A DNA stretch of 63,383 nt, counting the filler, from Choristocarpus tenellus KU-1152 (Eukaryota > Protista > Phaeophyceae), in the NCBI GenBank assembly GCA_964200185.2. It is 6 parts of 6 records of this genome, joined end to end, with 100 filler letters (N's around TTAATTAATTAA, not from the genome) between each part and the next. Parts side by side here need not be neighbours in the genome. Positions count along the whole stretch, not along the records: positions 53,166 to 63,383 come from CAXNAD020003065.1; 5 more parts are not named here. One strand, written 5' to 3'. The first letter of the stretch is position 1; the number at the start of each line of letters is the position of its first letter. The translations under genes were made by a program, and so were the position numbers. Of this stretch, positions 59,427 to 63,383 are shown piece by piece. The notes beneath the pieces are model-generated. The model had not been told where the DNA came from. It ran no database searches and worked only from the letters and a program-made list of their open reading frames with translations.

Positions 59427-61558
59427 CTAACGGTAGGACTTCTGGTAGCGTGCACGGGCAGATGGTCCACCAAACTTCTTAGGCTCACAGCGACGGGGAT
59501 CAGCAACCAATAGGTTACGATCATAGGCCATGAGAATGTCCTTGATCTCCCTCTTGGAGGCTTCATCAACATACTTTTGGTAGAAAGCAACGATTGCTTT
59601 AGCAATAGCCTGACGAATCGCATAAATCTGCAATTGAGAGCAGGAGAAAAACAAATGTTAGAATTCATTCTGATTCCAAAACTTAGTCATAATTTGCGTT
59701 GAACTGATCAAATGGAATGGTGCATTATATTTATGTGGGGTTGCAAGAGATAAAAATTACTTCCGAACAGTCTAGAGGGAGAAGGTCGCAATACATACAG
59801 CAATATGCCAAGACTAAATTTAAAATTTCCTAGATTTCATTAAAAACTAGTCAATCAAATGTACATTTCTCTCTTATCCATACACCCTTGTTCACTATAC
59901 ATTCATCCAGAAAAAATATGTTCACATTTAGGTGAGGTGTAATTTTTTCATAAAATTTTGTTAATACACTTAGCAGTGATTTTGGTGCATCATATGGACT
60001 ATCCTTTCTTCACTACATTGTCCATTTTTACCTGGGAAGTGTAACCACCACCTCTCACACGCACACGGATGTCAACATTGGAGAAGCGATGCTGACCGAG
60101 CAGAAGAACAGGCTCAAAAGTCTTCACACGCAAAATGGCAGGCTCCAGGAGCTCAATGGGGCAACCATTCACCTTGATGAGGCCACGACCGCGCTTGCAG
60201 TAAGCAACAGCAGTTGCAGTCTTCTGTTCTTACACATCCACAGAACAACGAGAAATGTAGAAAGGTCGTACCAGTGAGGTGGAGTGACAGCTGTGAAAAG
60301 AAAAAACTCTAGAATACAATGTAATACATATGTGGAGTCAAAAGGTGATGGAGTGAACGATGCAAGGATTGAATCATAACGAAGAGCGAGACCAGATTGC
60401 TGGATCGGAGTTCTGGGGAAAGAGGGAGTTCAGTACCACAGAGAAGTCCACATTATGTGTTTCAGGACGATAACACAGTTAATGAAAGGTCATCCTTACT
60501 CCCATTCCAACCAACCGGACATACAAACTGATCGCTTGCATGCAATTGAACGGCGCAGAGATCAGCAGTGAAGACATACCCTTTCCAGTAACTACCAGAA
60601 AAAAAGGGAATCTTTTGAAGTAGGATTTTTTTATGTTGAGGGTTTTCCGATCAGTTCCTAATATGAATTTGGTCACAGGTATGGAGAGCTCAGTACCACA
60701 GAGAAGTCAACACTGTTTTTTCTTGACGAAAAAAGTTATAAAGTAAGGTGTCATCATTGCTCCCCCACCATTCAACATTTGCTACTCACAAATCTCAACG
60801 AGGCATTTACCATGGACTTCATGATACGTATGCTCGCGAAAATAGTGGTAAAGAAGGGAAAGACAAAAACTCTGAAGAAAATTGGTTCACAAGCATCATC
60901 TGGCAAAATGTCTAAAGTCAGGAATTGGGACCGTGTGGATCGACCGTGTCACAGAACCGGATAGCGCGGGATTCTATTAGAGGATTAGTCGATTCGCTGC
61001 CCTAGAGGGTATGAGAGTTCCAATAATACTATGTGGTAAATCCTCGCCTTACGGAAACTATACGAAAGGGTAGGGTTTGTGTTACTGGCTAACACCTTGA
61101 TACCATGAACGATAGACCGTAACACGTACGGTTGATGCCAGATACTCCACTACAGACCAAATATAGTAACAGTTACAACGCCTATGATCAAGTGACTTTC
61201 TTAGAAAAGCAGTACGGGAAGAAACGAGTGGATGTGGAGTCTTTCATCAACACCTGCAATATACAACCTTTACCACTTGCGCATTCGGTGGTCATCCACC
61301 ATTCCTTCACCCTTGAGGAAGGGAACCGTCAACAATTCACTTTGCCTATCTCACCCCTTCATGCCAAAAAGAGGGTCGCCGTGAGGAGACGGTCACCTCT
61401 TAGGCATACTTGAGCATCTCACCCCTCAATCATCATGAGAAAGAGGGGGCCGCCAATTGATCTCACCCCTTCGGATGAAAGGGGGCCGCCTCTGTCAAAG
61501 TACAGCAACTAACCTTGCGCCCGAAGACCTGGACACTCTCCAGCTCGATCTCTCCCAT
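59427..61558 (-). CDS. RPS16: 40S ribosomal protein S16 (uS9), 145 aa, exons 61558-61514, 60223-60032, 59627-59427
   Basis: [15 protein letters not shown]|[28 protein letters not shown]...[14 protein letters not shown]|[22 protein letters not shown]...[28 protein letters not shown]. Confidence 0.98.
60424..60503 (-). ncRNA. Intronic box C/D snoRNA, copy A
   Basis: Sense strand: stem GGGAGT, box C AGGATGA, D' CTGA, guide CTTCTCTGTGGTA, box D CTGA, stem ACTCCC; same strand as host RPS16. Confidence 0.8.
60683..60765 (-). ncRNA. Intronic box C/D snoRNA, copy B
   Basis: Sense strand: stem GGGGAGC, box C ATGATGA, C'-like GTGTTGA, guide CTTCTCTGTGGTA, box D CTGA, stem GCTCTCC. Confidence 0.85.
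61305..61490 (-). promoter_or_regulatory. Candidate intronic splicing-regulatory element: 3-4 repeated hairpins near the RPS16 intron 1 donor
   Basis: + strand ATCTCACCCCT-loop-AGGG(GGC/T)CGCC at 61348-61380, 61416-61454 and 61460-61490; degenerate copy at 61305-61330; function inferred. Confidence 0.45.
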
Positions 61559-62084
61559 ATTTTCGTGCGGTAGGTTAGAAGGTCCTGGTGACTGAATGGT
61601 GGGGGTTGTTCAGTAGATGGTCAGGTATAGAGCACGCGAGGTGGCGAGCAATACGCGATATATTTTTATTTATGTATAGATTGTATTGTATTATATCAAT
61701 ACACAAATATTTAACGTACTTCATCCCTATGTATCGATCGAGATATCGGAAATACCTACACAAATTTTCATCAATGACGACGTCACAAATTATTACTCCT
61801 GATCTAATATATTATATTATTATGCGTATCATCAATAAAGCCTAACGCTCACAGGTTAGTAGGTAGTGGTACGCACGTCTCATCGACATTTGATGCTGAG
61901 GTGGTGTGTACAGGGCAACTACTTCTTCCACTTTTTTTCACGTATTTTCGAAAGCCTACCCTATCCCCAACCCTAACCCGATAACTCCAACCCTACCTTG
62001 ATTATGAAAAATATCCCCTAACAAACCGAAGAAACGGTTTAGAATAAATTGTGCAGCAGTACAGTGTACACTGAGATCCACCAC

Positions 62085-62218
62085 CTCTCAAGGATCCACT
62101 ATTTTTCACTTTTTCACACAAAATTTCAAAACCTAACCCTAACCCTAACCTTAGCCGGTGTGAAAAAATAACCCTATGAACCTTGTGAAGAAGTGAAAAA
62201 AGTATGGCAGCGGTGGTT
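62085..62218. repeat. Small inverted-repeat element containing (CCCTAA)n telomere-like repeats; a related degenerate stretch lies at ~61925-62000
   Basis: tttttcactttttcaca...cctaaccctaaccctaacc...tgtgaagaagtgaaaaa. Confidence 0.6.
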
Positions 62219-62926
62219 CCCAAAGACTGGGATGGTTAGGGGGCTACCCAGTCCACTCCAGTGGTGTGGTTGAGTGGAATGGTGGAGTGGATGACACAAT
62301 ACAGGTCGATATGCAGCATATTCAAAGGGGTTTCCACATATATTGGCAGGCGTTCCTAGAGGTCGAGGCCCCCCAAAATACGCTTATCTTCCCACCAAGC
62401 CGTCAAGGAATCTTGACTGCTCACCCATCACATGATATATTTGATATTGACTCCAGGCTTTTTTTGTTATATTCACGTTAGTCTCAGGAATATCCCAATC
62501 TGTAGTCATAAGGCACTATACACCGGACTACTTCTGTTAATAGTACTAACTTCTACTGTACAACTAACTGTTGCACTACAACTAAATATTTGTACGGTCT
62601 CCGCTCCTGTCTTGATCCTCGCACATTGGGTTCAGCACTCCCGCCCCTCATTGCTCCGTTTACTCCCTCCATTCTCGTGCTGGACTCCCCTCAAACTTCT
62701 CACCTCGTTCTAGGTCCAGCGTTTTTGTGTGATACAGCCACAGGAAAAATAGTACAGGGCCACAAACCACTACATGGAATTGGATCATCGAAACAAGATA
62801 CACACCAAAAAAAGAGGTCTTGCCTCCATTTATTATTTTGAGGTACAGTTCATCACATTAGCCTGAGGGGTCCTAGACACAGGATCGAACAGGTCGTCGA
62901 AAGACCAAAGGAGGCTATTACGCACT

Positions 62927-63173
62927 GAGTCAGAGTAAGCGAGAGGTACCCCGTTTTTGGTCATTTCGCATTTTAAGTAACCTTTTTCGTTGTCTGCAGT
63001 TCACCTTTGTTTCTTTGGATGAAGTACTAAGATCGATTTGAGGACGATGATTTCTTTGCTGTTTCATCATTTTCGACAGAATTCAGAAAAATCATTTTGC
63101 GAATTTGTACAAGAAGTCGAACTTTGCATGCCCTAAAAATGCAATCCTGGGTACCTCTCGCTTACTTTGATTC
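62927..63173. mobile_element. MITE family C, complete
   Basis: TIR GAGTCAGAGTAAGCGAGAGGTACCC / GGGTACCTCTCGCTTACTTTGATTC; homologous to 54704-54954. Confidence 0.85.
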
Positions 63174-63279
63174 ACTAGTACTCGAGAAGGCAACAAAGGA
63201 CAATAAAAAAAAAGCTAGGGAAGAGCATAAACCCACTTCACGACATATCTTATACATCTTTCAGAAGCGACGGTGTAAG

Positions 63280-63383
63280 GGCTCAAAGTATCGGGGGGGG
63301 GGGGTGGCGAATGTCCATTTGGGGCCCATTTTTCGATCGCGAATTTTGAGTGGTTTGGTTGCATGCATCGGATGGATAACGTA
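63280..63383. mobile_element. MITE family D start, running off the window
   Basis: GGCTCAAAGTATCGGGGGG...ttggttgc.tgcatcggatggata shared with 20121-20296. Confidence 0.7.

Noticed and set aside
61040-61080. Telomerase RNA template (AAACCCTACCC on the - strand) in the structured intron region
   Set aside because: Does not match a TTAGGG or TTTAGGG template properly; no other supporting motif.
62560-62830. Possible reverse-transcriptase fragment
   Set aside because: No intact diagnostic motif.

Overview
Eukaryotic, intron-rich nuclear DNA, most likely from a brown alga or close stramenopile relative. This is inferred from an ASAF-type bipartite plastid presequence and EsV-1-7 repeats. Five 100-bp spacers (44N-TTAATTAATTAA-44N) split the window into six contigs (1-24594, 24695-30927, 31028-35236, 35337-48404, 48505-53065, 53166-63383), so adjacency across them is unproven. 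Manual splicing gives four complete genes: HMCES/SRAP (+, 9 exons), a coiled-coil+WD40 protein (-, 10 exons), the thylakoid-lumen pentapeptide protein TL17 (+, 5 exons) and RPS16/uS9 (-, 3 exons). Two partial genes are also present: a SANT/Myb-like low-complexity protein ending in a (QA)n tract, and a long coiled-coil protein with two apparent GC-AG introns. The 18-35 kb and 53-58 kb regions are mostly decayed transposons: CRE-like non-LTR, Ty3/Gypsy, a Sola-like transposase relic, and several MITE families sharing GAG..CTC ends. The most interesting non-coding signals lie in RPS16 intron 1: two paralogous box C/D snoRNAs with an identical guide of unclear target, 3-4 repeated hairpins each carrying a cryptic 5' splice site just downstream of the real donor, and a ~245-nt multibranch fold. 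An array of five related foldback units also sits in the last HMCES intron. All gene models and folds were derived by eye; no database searches or folding programs were run.
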